DNA of 15,578 bases from Coleofasciculus sp. B1-GNL1-01 (GTDB taxonomy: Bacteria > Cyanobacteriota > Cyanobacteriia > Cyanobacteriales > Coleofasciculaceae), in NCBI GenBank assembly GCA_040220235.1, contig JAVJTO010000154.1. One strand, 5' to 3'. Below, one piece after another: positions 5,743 through 14,160 of this stretch (within the stretch, counting starts at the first letter, position 1; every line of letters starts with the position of its first letter). The notes beneath the pieces were generated by a model that was not told the origin of the DNA, ran no database searches, and worked only from the letters and a program-made list of their open reading frames with translations. Made by a program: the position numbers and the translations under genes.

Positions 5743-8058
5743 ATGTCGAACCCTTCAGGGATGCAGCGAATCCGGCGTCTACCTGGTCTAAATCAGGTGT
5801 GGCAGCGTCTTGGCACAATGCCACTGCCTCAAACCGAAGACTCGATAGGATTACGAGTCCTAGTCCAGGGGCTAGTGATTGTGGGAATTATCGCCACCGA
5901 TATTGCTGCTGAAACTCAGATGAGTGTCTGGGCTGTACCCCTCTCTATCGTGGGAGCAACCTGGAGTTGGTATCGTCGCCGCCATCGCAACATTGCGGTT
6001 AAGTTCTTTTTGGCGATTGGGATGCTAATCGCTATGGGGGTATTCTTTAATAATTTATTAGCCAGCCTCAATGATACCCGCCTCGTTCTCGCAGAATTAT
6101 TGATTCAAGTCCAAGTTCTCCACAGCTTTGACTTGCCCCGGCGCAAGGATTTAGGCTATTCGATGGTAATCGGGCTGATTTTGTTGGGGGTAGCAGGAAC
6201 CCTGAGCCAAACCTTAGCGTTTGCCCCGCTACTGTTGATATTTTTAGCGATTGCGTTACCCACACTCATCCTCGATTACCAATCCCGCATCGGTTTATCA
6301 CCAAAACGGAAAACGTCTAGGAAAAAAGCTAAACGTTCTTCGCCGCTGTCACTACGACGGTTAAGTATTTTTTTGTTAGTAGTTATCGCCCTGGGGTTAG
6401 GGATTTTTGCTCTAATGCCTCGATTTCCCGGTTATCAACTGCAAACCTTTCCCGTGAGTGCGCCATTGGATTGGGATGATCTAGATGGGGATACTGGAAA
6501 CGTGAATAATCCCGGATACGTGAGTGAGGGTGAAGGGGAAGGTTCTGGTGGTGAGGGAACCTCTCCCAGTCGGGGTGCGGGTGAAATGGATGAAACGTTT
6601 TACTATGGCTTTGGTACTCAGATTAACCAGAATCTCCGAGGTGCTTTAAAGCCAAAAGTCGTCTTGCGGGTGCGTTCCCAAGCCCCTGGATTTTGGCGCG
6701 TGCAGGGGTTTGACCAGTATACAGGTCAAGGATGGGAATTGTCTCGCGAAGATCAGGTGCTGGATGTGACTCGTCCGCCTTGGTCTTATCGATTTGCACT
6801 CTATCCGACTAGCTTTAATTTGGGTCGGACAAAAAGGGTGATTCAAAGTTATACCGCCGTGTCGGAACTGCCGAATATTATTCCCGCCCTGAGTTATCCG
6901 AAAAGTCTTTATTTTCCCACCAAGGAAGTCGGCATTGATACAGAAGGTAGTTTGCGATCGCCCCTAGCGTTACTGGAAGGATTGACCTATACGGTAGTAT
7001 CGGAAGTACCCGTGCGCGATCGCACTCAACTCCAACAAGCCCCGGAAACTTATCCCGACAATATCCAGAAGTACTATCTTGATGTTCCGCCAGACATCGC
7101 GGATAAGGTGCGTGAAAAAACCGAACAACTCTTAGCCACCTCCTCCAACCCCCTCACCTCTGCCTACGAAAAAGCCCTATATCTGGCTCAAGCCCTGAAA
7201 CAACGGTATCGAATTCCCGATAATCCCTTTGGACTTCCCTATTTACAAGAAGACGAGGATTTAGTTGAAGCGTTTCTGTTTAACTATGAAGGCGGGTATC
7301 CCGATCACTTTTCCACTGCCTTAACCATCATGCTACGCTCGATTGGGATTCCGGCGCGGTTAGTCGTAGGATTTGGTACGGGTCAATTTAATCCATTCAC
7401 GGGCTTATATGTGGTCAAAAATACCGATGCTTACGCCATGACGGAGGTATATTTCCCCAACTATGGCTGGTTTGCCTTTGACCCCATTCCTGGACACGAA
7501 TTAGTCCCCCAAAGTGTGGAAGATACAGCAACCTTTAGCGTTCTGCGTCAGTTTTGGCAGTGGGTGGCTGGATGGCTCCCTTCACCCGTCAGCAATTTTA
7601 TCGGCGAATTGTGGAATCTAGTTGTGGGTTCGCTGCTGCGGCTGATTGTGCGACTGTGGGTGATCTTCTCCAGTAGTTGGATGGGATTGTTTGGCGGATT
7701 AATTTTCGCGATCGCGCTGGGGTTCGTGGGTTGGTTAGGCTGGGTACAGTGGCAAACCTGGCGTTACCGTCGCTGGTTAGGGAAATTACCACCCATGGAA
7801 CGGCTTTACCAGCAAATGTTAAAGGTTTTGAAAGCTAGAGGATATATTAAGCACCCCGCCCAGACGCCGCTAGAATATGCTAGGGTCATGCGTCAGCAGC
7901 AATCCTCTGAATCAGCCACCGTGATTGATGACATTTCTCAAGCTTATGTACGCTGGCGTTATGGTAAACAAACGCCGAATATCGATGAGCTGCGACAGCG
8001 ACTGCGGGAGTGGATTAAAACGACTGCCCGATTGCCAAACAGAAGTCTGAGACGGTGA
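5743..8058 (+). CDS. TgpA-like membrane protein (DUF3488 TM region + transglutaminase-like domain + DUF4129-like C-terminus)
   Basis: Multiple N-terminal hydrophobic helices; FWRVQGFDQYTGQGW; MLRSIGIPARLVVGF; EVYFPNYGWFAFDPIP; a further TM helix; C-terminal AQTPLEYA...YVRWRYG. Confidence 0.9.
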   Translation: MSNPSGMQRIRRLPGLNQVWQRLGTMPLPQTEDSIGLRVLVQGLVIVGIIATDIAAETQMSVWAVPLSIVGATWSWYRRRHRNIAVKFFLAIGMLIAMGVFFNNLLASLNDTRLVLAELLIQVQVLHSFDLPRRKDLGYSMVIGLILLGVAGTLSQTLAFAPLLLIFLAIALPTLILDYQSRIGLSPKRKTSRKKAKRSSPLSLRRLSIFLLVVIALGLGIFALMPRFPGYQLQTFPVSAPLDWDDLDGDTGNVNNPGYVSEGEGEGSGGEGTSPSRGAGEMDETFYYGFGTQINQNLRGALKPKVVLRVRSQAPGFWRVQGFDQYTGQGWELSREDQVLDVTRPPWSYRFALYPTSFNLGRTKRVIQSYTAVSELPNIIPALSYPKSLYFPTKEVGIDTEGSLRSPLALLEGLTYTVVSEVPVRDRTQLQQAPETYPDNIQKYYLDVPPDIADKVREKTEQLLATSSNPLTSAYEKALYLAQALKQRYRIPDNPFGLPYLQEDEDLVEAFLFNYEGGYPDHFSTALTIMLRSIGIPARLVVGFGTGQFNPFTGLYVVKNTDAYAMTEVYFPNYGWFAFDPIPGHELVPQSVEDTATFSVLRQFWQWVAGWLPSPVSNFIGELWNLVVGSLLRLIVRLWVIFSSSWMGLFGGLIFAIALGFVGWLGWVQWQTWRYRRWLGKLPPMERLYQQMLKVLKARGYIKHPAQTPLEYARVMRQQQSSESATVIDDISQAYVRWRYGKQTPNIDELRQRLREWIKTTARLPNRSLRR

Positions 8059-8147
8059 ACTTTTCCGGAAAATCTCGAATTGGTACAGGAATTGAGTTAT
8101 TCTTTGCCTGTCATCTTTCCCTAAACAAACATTGTTAGGAGTTTCTT

Positions 8148-8456
8148 ATGTCTACTGAAGCCATTCCCGTCAAACCCGCTGTCTTAATCACGATTATCAG
8201 TGAATCTGTACTCAAAGAGCGTTTAATCAAACTGCTCAAAAGCAAAGGGGTAACGGGATTTACCGTAAACGATGTCCTCGGTGAAGGGGGTCATGGCAGG
8301 CGCATGGGAGATATTGTTGGGTATAACACCAATATTGAGATGAAAAGCGTTGTCTCCGCAGAAGTCTCTGACGAGATCTTCCAAAGCTTAGCCGAAATGG
8401 AGAATAGTCATGCTTTAATTGCTTTCCGTCATGATGTAGAAGTGTTGAGTAATTAA
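8148..8456 (+). CDS. PII-superfamily protein, SbtB-like
   Basis: 102 aa with SD AGGAG upstream. LITIISESVL, GVTGFTV..V.GEG.HG and NIEMKSVV match the PII/SbtB fold pattern. It lacks the GlnB T-loop consensus and any Cys. Confidence 0.8.
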   Translation: MSTEAIPVKPAVLITIISESVLKERLIKLLKSKGVTGFTVNDVLGEGGHGRRMGDIVGYNTNIEMKSVVSAEVSDEIFQSLAEMENSHALIAFRHDVEVLSN

Positions 8457-8505
8457 GCTAAAAGAGCTTTCTCTTTATCCGCTTGGGCAGTACACGGATT
8501 CAATA

Positions 8506-8588
8506 TATAGCAGTCACCATGAAGGTTAGGACAGATGGAATAGCTCAAATGCCACCTAGCTGTAATAAACCTTCTGCCTTCTGCTATA
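8506..8588. mobile_element. MITE-like element A (83 bp)
   Basis: Terminal inverted repeat TATAGCAG...CTGCTATA. The left end is TATAGCA-N13-TTAGGACA and the right end carries CCTTCTG x2. Confidence 0.55.
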
Positions 8589-8696
8589 GCAGTAGACACA
8601 TAACTTAGGACAAGCAAACTGTGGTAGAGACGTTCCGGCGGAACGTCTCTACTAAATTCTTATGGGTTTTGTCCGATATCAGCGGTTGCTCTATTA
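8585..8696. mobile_element. MITE-like element B with internal REP palindrome; right end degenerate
   Basis: The left end TATAGCA-N13-TTAGGACA shares its TATA with element A. The inverted end TTGTCCGA...TGCTCTAT is decayed. Confidence 0.45.
8624..8652. repeat. GTAG-headed REP-like perfect hairpin
   Basis: GTAGAGACGTTCC-GGC-GGAACGTCTCTAC, 13-bp stem. It is related to the copy at 12579. Confidence 0.85.
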
Positions 8697-8728
8697 TCCT
8701 GGTCGAAGAAAAGGGTAAATGTACCTTT

Positions 8729-8857
8729 TATAGCGCTACGCGCTAGGCAATAGGCAATAGGCAATAGGCAATAGTGAAGACAAAAGCTTACCTGAAAAGG
8801 GATTGAGCGATTTTAATTTTTCTTGATTTTGTCCTAACGTGTGTGCGTAGTGCTATA
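8729..8857. mobile_element. MITE-like element C (129 bp) with TAGGCAA x4 heptamers
   Basis: 15-bp inverted ends with 2 mismatches (TATAGCGCTACGCGC vs TATAGCACTACGCAC). TAGGCAA is repeated four times at 8744-8771. The right end is the reverse complement of TATAGCA-N13-TTAGGACA. Confidence 0.65.
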
Positions 8858-9279
8858 TTTGCCAATCGATAGAAAAAATGGCGGATTCCTGAAGAGCTAA
8901 TCGTGATTTTGGAGGCTTGATGGGCGATTAAAAAGAGACAGCGTTTAACCAATCCCCCAGATGGACGTTGGCAGAATACTCAATTGGCGTTATGATTGAC
9001 ACCTAAAATCAGTCAAATACTTATACAATAACCGGAACAGACTTCAGTACAGCGCCAAAGACCAACAGCGTTAAGATAGGATGTCATCGGGATTTTCCCA
9101 CGCTTTTTATATTGTCCTATTCATGCCTGCAAGAAGGCTGTCCGGACGTTTCCAACTTACTTATGGAAGCATGGATGGTCAAAAGTGTTTCAATAGCTAC
9201 TTGAAGACCATAAGTGTAGAGACTACCTCCGATTGGACTATATCTTGAGTAAAAAGTGATGCTCCCAAACCCTGATGTG

Positions 9280-10737
9280 ATGACAGCACGCCCCTTCCCC
9301 AGCCAACCCCCTAATTCAGCGAATGGCACACCCTATATCGCGGCTTCTGACAGAACACCCGTTTCCGCCCTGAAAGAACTTGTGGCTTGCCTACACCGAG
9401 AACAACATAAAATCCAAGATTTGTTAAGCTCACTGGGATTTGCCCTACGCAGCTTCAACAATTTGAATCAATTTTTAGAATTAATTCCCTTGATGTCAGC
9501 ACGGGTAACCGATACGGAGGGAGGCGCATTGGTTTTGTTAAAACCAAATGGTCAACTCCGGCTAGAACAGATGCATTGCCAAGATAATCAAGAGTGTCAA
9601 ACCTTGCGTCCAGCGCTTGAACGGGCAACTCAGACGATCGCGGCTCAAGGCAATGAGGATGGAAAATCGGTAATGAGTCCAGAACAGTTGGACGCCATTT
9701 GGTCATCGTTTGACGATCAGGTCAATCGCTATTTAGACACAGATATTCAGTTATTTGGCACACCGATTTTAATTAAAAACGTCGAACGAGGGCGTTTGTA
9801 TGTGTTTACCGATGACCTAAACTATAACTGGACGCCAACCCGACAGAAGTTAGTCCGGTTAGTTGCCGATCAAACCGCCGTCGCGATCGCGAATGATGAA
9901 CTGACTGTAGAACTTCGTAAAAAAGAACGCTTAGATCGAGAGTTGGAAATTGGCGCGGAAATCCAATTACGCCTCCTCCCCCGTCAATGTCCCTCGATTC
10001 AAGGAATTGAACTGGCGGCTCGGTGTCAGACGGCAAATCGAGTCGGTGGGGATTATTATGATTTTATTCCCACCAACTATGATCAGCTTCGTTCTATACA
10101 GCCTTGTGATAGTCAAACGATTGATAACCACAAAGCCTCCGTACCCTGGAGCGTGGTTATTGGCGATGTTATGGGCAAAGGCGTGCCAGCCGGCTTGATT
10201 ATGACAATGACGCGGGGTATGCTGCGGGCAGAAGTCCTCAACCGTCATACCCCTGCCCGTATCCTGGAACATTTGAATCGGGTAATGTATGCTGACTTAG
10301 AAAATTCCAATCGATTTGTCACCCTGTTTTATTCAGAGTACGATCCCCAAAGCCGAATTTTGTCCTATAGCAATGCTGCCCATAATCCCCCCTTCTTATG
10401 GCAGGCGTCTACTCATTCTATCCAGCGTCTGGATACAGATGGGATGCTGATTGGCTTAGAGGCAGATTCTGAGTATGAAGATGCTCAAATCCAGCTTGAT
10501 GTAGGAGACACGATCATCTATTACACTGATGGATTTACCGATGTCGCCAATCAACACGGCGATCGCTTTGATGAGGAAAATCTGATTGAAGCCTTTAAGT
10601 GGGCGTGTGAACATCGCCAAGGCTCCAAACCCATCCTAGATTACCTGTTTGAGCGGGTGGGAGAGTTTATGGGTGGAAAAAACCGTAACGGAGATGATAT
10701 GACCTTGGTCGTGTTGCAGGTAAAATCTTCCGAGTAA
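9280..10737 (+). CDS. GAF-domain PP2C/SpoIIE (RsbU-like) protein phosphatase, Slr2031-like
   Basis: VGGDYYD, IGDVMGKG, NAAHNPP, YTDG and DDMT motifs are intact. There is an N-terminal GAF-like region ending in LVADQTAVAIAN and a RELEIGAEIQ linker. The start is probably ATG 9280; GTG 9256 is an alternative. Confidence 0.93.
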   Translation: MTARPFPSQPPNSANGTPYIAASDRTPVSALKELVACLHREQHKIQDLLSSLGFALRSFNNLNQFLELIPLMSARVTDTEGGALVLLKPNGQLRLEQMHCQDNQECQTLRPALERATQTIAAQGNEDGKSVMSPEQLDAIWSSFDDQVNRYLDTDIQLFGTPILIKNVERGRLYVFTDDLNYNWTPTRQKLVRLVADQTAVAIANDELTVELRKKERLDRELEIGAEIQLRLLPRQCPSIQGIELAARCQTANRVGGDYYDFIPTNYDQLRSIQPCDSQTIDNHKASVPWSVVIGDVMGKGVPAGLIMTMTRGMLRAEVLNRHTPARILEHLNRVMYADLENSNRFVTLFYSEYDPQSRILSYSNAAHNPPFLWQASTHSIQRLDTDGMLIGLEADSEYEDAQIQLDVGDTIIYYTDGFTDVANQHGDRFDEENLIEAFKWACEHRQGSKPILDYLFERVGEFMGGKNRNGDDMTLVVLQVKSSE

Positions 10738-10760
10738 CCTATTTAAAGGCAATCATCACC

Positions 10761-11000
10761 ATGGCTGTTGTGGAAGTGCAAGCTCTAACGTCTGTTGTCA
10801 CGGGTCTTCATCCCCTGATTGACTTGGTGAGTCCATGGCTAACCGATGGACTGGTGTTAGCCCAGCAATTTGAAGATCCAGATATTTTGGGTCAAATTCA
10901 ACAGGCGTTTAATAATTTCATTGAATCGGGTCAAGTCTGGGCATTTTTGATTGGTTTAGTTATCGGTTATATTTTTCGGGGGATGAGTTCGTTTGGGTAA
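10761..11000 (+). CDS. Small conserved cyanobacterial membrane protein (hypothetical)
   Basis: 79 aa with LAQQFEDPDILGQIQQAFNNFIESGQVWA followed by a C-terminal TM helix FLIGLVIGYIF. It lies 23 bp after the phosphatase on the same strand. Confidence 0.75.
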   Translation: MAVVEVQALTSVVTGLHPLIDLVSPWLTDGLVLAQQFEDPDILGQIQQAFNNFIESGQVWAFLIGLVIGYIFRGMSSFG

Positions 11001-11001
11001 T

Positions 11002-11026
11002 TTGTCATTTGTCCTTCGTCATTGGT
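11002..11026 (+). repeat. STRR2-like heptamer repeat
   Basis: ttgtcat ttgtcct tcgtcat tggt immediately after the stop at 11000. Confidence 0.65.
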
Positions 11027-11168
11027 GAAGAGGATAAACGATAAAAAACACAGGATTAATGCAGCAGGCGCGGGAATAACCCACCTGTTCACAAGAGGCG
11101 AACAAGCAACTCCTATAAACCTTGCCGCCTTGGAGCCTTCTGCCTTTTTGTACTAGGGAATCGGTATT

Positions 11169-12560
11169 GTGACGGAACAAACAACGTGGAGTCAGCGATT
11201 TGAATCGGCACTGCATCCGGCGATCGCACAGTTCAATGCCAGTATTGGGTTCGATATCGAACTGATTGAGTATGATCTGACGGGTTCGGTGGCTCATGCG
11301 AAGATGCTTGCCCATACTGGCATTATTTCAGCCGCTGAAGCAGAACAACTGGTGAACGGGTTAGAACAAATTCGTTCAGAATATCGCCAGGGAAAATTTA
11401 ATCCCGGTATTGACGCTGAGGATGTTCATTTTGCCGTGGAACGACGCCTCACGGAACTTGTGGGCGATGTGGGGAAAAAACTACACACGGCGCGATCGCG
11501 AAATGACCAAGTGGGGACTGATACCCGACTCTATTTGCGGGATCAAATTACTCAAATTCGTTCTCAGTTACGAGAGATGCAAGGGGTTTTGCTGACTCTG
11601 GCTGAATCCCATGTCGAAACCTTAATCCCTGGCTACACCCATCTCCAACGCGCCCAGCCGTTGAGTTTAGCCCATCATTTGTTGGCGTATTGGGAAATGG
11701 TGCAACGGGATTGGTTACGATTGGGGGAAATTTACCAGCGGGTGAATATTTCTCCTTTGGGATGTGGGGCGCTAGCGGGGACGACATTCCCAATTGATCG
11801 GCACTACAGCGCCTCTCTGCTGGACTTTGGTGATGTTTATCGTAATAGTTTAGATGGGGTGAGCGATCGCGACTTTGCCATTGAGTTTTTGACGGCGGCG
11901 AGTCTGATTATGGTTCACTTGAGCCGATTGTCAGAAGAAATTATTCTCTGGGCGTCTCAGGAGTTTGGCTTTGTTACCCTCAAGGACAATTGCTCGACGG
12001 GTTCGAGTATTATGCCGCAAAAGAAGAACCCGGATGTGCCGGAATTGGTACGGGGCAAAACGGGGCGGGTGTTTGGGCATCTGCAAGCCATGTTGGTACT
12101 GATGAAGGGATTGCCGTTGGCGTATAACAAGGATTTGCAGGAGGATAAAGAGGCGCTATTTGACAGCGTGAAAACCGTCAAAGGGTGTCTGGAAGCCATG
12201 ACAATTCTGTTACGGGAGGGGTTAGAGTTTTGTCCTCAACGTCTCGCCTCAGCCGTGGCGGAAGATTTCTCCAACGCTACCGATGTGGCGGATTATTTGG
12301 CAAGTAAAGGGGTTCCCTTCCGAGAAGCTTATAACTTGGTGGGTAAAGTGGTGAGAACTTGTTTAGGGGCGGGTAAACTGCTGAAAGACTTAACGGTGCA
12401 AGAGTGGAAAGAAATCCATCCTGCCTTTGAGGAGGATATTTACGACGCGATCGCACCAACTCAGGTGGTTTCTGCCCGTAATAGTTACGGAGGGACAGGG
12501 TTTAAGCAAGTCCGACGCGCTTTGATAGAAGCCCAGGAGCGGATGGCAAGTGGGAGATGA
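11169..12560 (+). CDS. argH: Argininosuccinate lyase
   Basis: GTG start; [22 protein letters not shown] and the fumarate-lyase signature [12 protein letters not shown]; 463 aa. Confidence 0.98.
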   Translation: MTEQTTWSQRFESALHPAIAQFNASIGFDIELIEYDLTGSVAHAKMLAHTGIISAAEAEQLVNGLEQIRSEYRQGKFNPGIDAEDVHFAVERRLTELVGDVGKKLHTARSRNDQVGTDTRLYLRDQITQIRSQLREMQGVLLTLAESHVETLIPGYTHLQRAQPLSLAHHLLAYWEMVQRDWLRLGEIYQRVNISPLGCGALAGTTFPIDRHYSASLLDFGDVYRNSLDGVSDRDFAIEFLTAASLIMVHLSRLSEEIILWASQEFGFVTLKDNCSTGSSIMPQKKNPDVPELVRGKTGRVFGHLQAMLVLMKGLPLAYNKDLQEDKEALFDSVKTVKGCLEAMTILLREGLEFCPQRLASAVAEDFSNATDVADYLASKGVPFREAYNLVGKVVRTCLGAGKLLKDLTVQEWKEIHPAFEEDIYDAIAPTQVVSARNSYGGTGFKQVRRALIEAQERMASGR

Positions 12561-12578
12561 ACAGAGCCGGGGGAGCAT

Positions 12579-12602
12579 GTAGAGACGCGCCATGGCGCGT
12601 CT
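12579..12602. repeat. GTAG-headed REP-like palindrome embedded in GGGAGCA repeats
   Basis: GTAGAGACGCGCCATGGCGCGTCT, flanked by GGGAGCA at 12571-12577 and 12603-12609. Confidence 0.8.
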
Positions 12603-12625
12603 GGGAGCAGGGGAAGCAAACCTTG

Positions 12626-12690
12626 GTCGGGGCGGGTTTAGTTAAGTTAGTGGTTGGAACCGCAGCGTTAGTCGTAAAACCCGCCCCTAC
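12626..12690. repeat. REPIN-like inverted pair GT(A/C)GGGGCGGGTTT...AAACCCGCCCCTAC
   Basis: 14-bp inverted arms with 1 mismatch around a 37-nt spacer. The same family recurs at 14158-14269 and 14276-14342. Confidence 0.85.
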
Positions 12691-12792
12691 ATGTTCAAAA
12701 CTATGTCCTCGAAGGTTGTAATCGGGTCAAAACTTCCCAGATTCCGGTACACTTTGGAATGGTTCATCCTATTAAAAGTACTAGCAGCAATA

Positions 12793-12987
12793 ATGGAGAT
12801 TGGTCAAAAAGTTCAAGTTTGTCGTCTCAGAGACCGGGTGTCGGGCGATATCGTGAATAAACTAGGGAAAGTTGGCATCGTCAAAGACTTTAAAATGACA
12901 GATGGCAGCGGTGTCGGTGCGATCGTCGAATTTGACGACAGCACGGCAACCTGGTTTTTTGAAGATGAACTCAAACCCGTCAGTTAG
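12793..12987 (+). CDS. petP: Cytochrome b6f-associated subunit PetP (DUF2862)
   Basis: 64 aa from ATG 12793: MEIGQKVQVCRLRDRV...KMTDGSGVGAIVEFDDSTATWFFEDEL. The longer track ORF from 12691 is probably over-extended. Confidence 0.88.
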   Translation: MEIGQKVQVCRLRDRVSGDIVNKLGKVGIVKDFKMTDGSGVGAIVEFDDSTATWFFEDELKPVS

Positions 12988-13019
12988 TGACGACTTCCCC
13001 AGCAGCGTCCAACAAAATC

Positions 13020-14120
13020 ATGGCTTTTATTCTCACCTTTTTAGGCAAAGGCGGCACCGGTCGCACCACAATCGCGATCGCGGCGGCTAAAAAGTTCGCA
13101 AATCTTGGTCAGCGTGTCCTTTTAGTCGGGCAAGATCCCACCCCAGCGTTCGGACTTTTATTGGGAACCGTCCCCAGGGCTGATCCGACGGAGGTGGAAC
13201 CGAATCTGAAAGCGGTTCAGCTTCAGTCTACTCTCCTCCTGGAACAGAGTTGGGACGAGGTGAAAAAGCTAGAGGCGGAGTATTTGCGATCGCCAACGCT
13301 GAAAAATGTCTATGGTCAAGAATTGGGCATTTTACCGGGGATGGATAGTGCTTTAGCCCTGAATGCGATTCGCGAATATGACGCCAGTGGTGAGTATGAT
13401 GTGATTATCTACGATGGCAGCGGCGATCAAGCCACTTTGAGGATGCTGGGGATGCCAGAAATTCTCAGTTGGTATTTTCGCCGCTTTCGCCAAATCTTTA
13501 CGGAGTCGGATCTGGGTAAGGCGATTTCCCCATTTATCCAACCTGTTACCAGCGCTATTCTCAATGTGACCTGGACACCCGACGATTTTGCCAATAAACC
13601 GACTCAGCAAACTAACCAAATGCTGGAACAGGGTAAAACGGCTGTGGCTGATCCGAATCGGGTGGCGGCGTATTTGGTGACCACGGGAGATACGGCGGCT
13701 TTAGCGACGGCTAAATATTTCTGGGGAAGCGCCCAGCAGGTGAATCTGACGGTGGGGGGGGTTCTGTTGAACCAAATTCCCGCAACGGATACGTTAGCGG
13801 CTGAATTTGCCCCGTTAACGGTTAGCGCTTTGCCTCAGTTATCTCAGGTGGCTGACTGGCAACCGTTGATGGATGCTTTGCCTGATTTTAAACAAGCGAT
13901 GCAAGCGCCCAAGGCTATTAGCATAGATGTGGCGAATCGTCAAGTTAGTTTGTTTTTACCGGGCTTCGACAAAAAGCAGGTGAAACTTACCCAATATGGT
14001 CCAGAGGTGACGATTGAAGCGGGCGATCAGCGGCGTAATATTTGGCTTCCACCCCAATTGAGTGGTCAAGCTGTGAAAGGGGCGAAGTTCCAAGATCAGC
14101 GTTTAATTATTTCGTTCTGA
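13020..14120 (+). CDS. ArsA/Get3-family ATPase with C-terminal alpha-crystallin-like domain (Get3d, All4481-like)
   Basis: ATG 13020, MAFILTFLGKGGTGRTT (deviant Walker A); ELGILPGMDSAL; YDVIIYDG; C-terminal LFLPGFDKKQVKLTQYGPEVTIEAGDQRRNI...GAKF (HSP20-like). Confidence 0.9.
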   Translation: MAFILTFLGKGGTGRTTIAIAAAKKFANLGQRVLLVGQDPTPAFGLLLGTVPRADPTEVEPNLKAVQLQSTLLLEQSWDEVKKLEAEYLRSPTLKNVYGQELGILPGMDSALALNAIREYDASGEYDVIIYDGSGDQATLRMLGMPEILSWYFRRFRQIFTESDLGKAISPFIQPVTSAILNVTWTPDDFANKPTQQTNQMLEQGKTAVADPNRVAAYLVTTGDTAALATAKYFWGSAQQVNLTVGGVLLNQIPATDTLAAEFAPLTVSALPQLSQVADWQPLMDALPDFKQAMQAPKAISIDVANRQVSLFLPGFDKKQVKLTQYGPEVTIEAGDQRRNIWLPPQLSGQAVKGAKFQDQRLIISF

Positions 14121-14121
14121 T

Positions 14122-14160
14122 TGTCTTATGTCATTCGTCTTATGTCATTCGTCATTCGTC
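14122..14160 (+). repeat. STRR2-like heptamer tandem repeat
   Basis: tgtctta tgtcatt cgtctta tgtcatt cgtcatt cgtc right after the stop at 14120. Confidence 0.85.

Noticed and set aside
8506..8857. CRISPR-like reading of the repeated boxes with variable spacers
   Set aside because: The repeats are too short, irregularly spaced and partly inverted, and there are no cas genes. A MITE-end model fits better.
8064..9146. TCCGGA (DIF1-like) hexamers at 8064 and 9141
   Set aside because: No suitably spaced -10/GTA element follows either, and a 6-mer is expected by chance at this frequency.
12987..14120. Annotation as arsenite-efflux ATPase ArsA starting at GTG 12987
   Set aside because: It has a single ATPase domain, no metal-binding Cys, no ars genes nearby and an HSP20-like tail. 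ATG 13020 fits the family N-terminus better.
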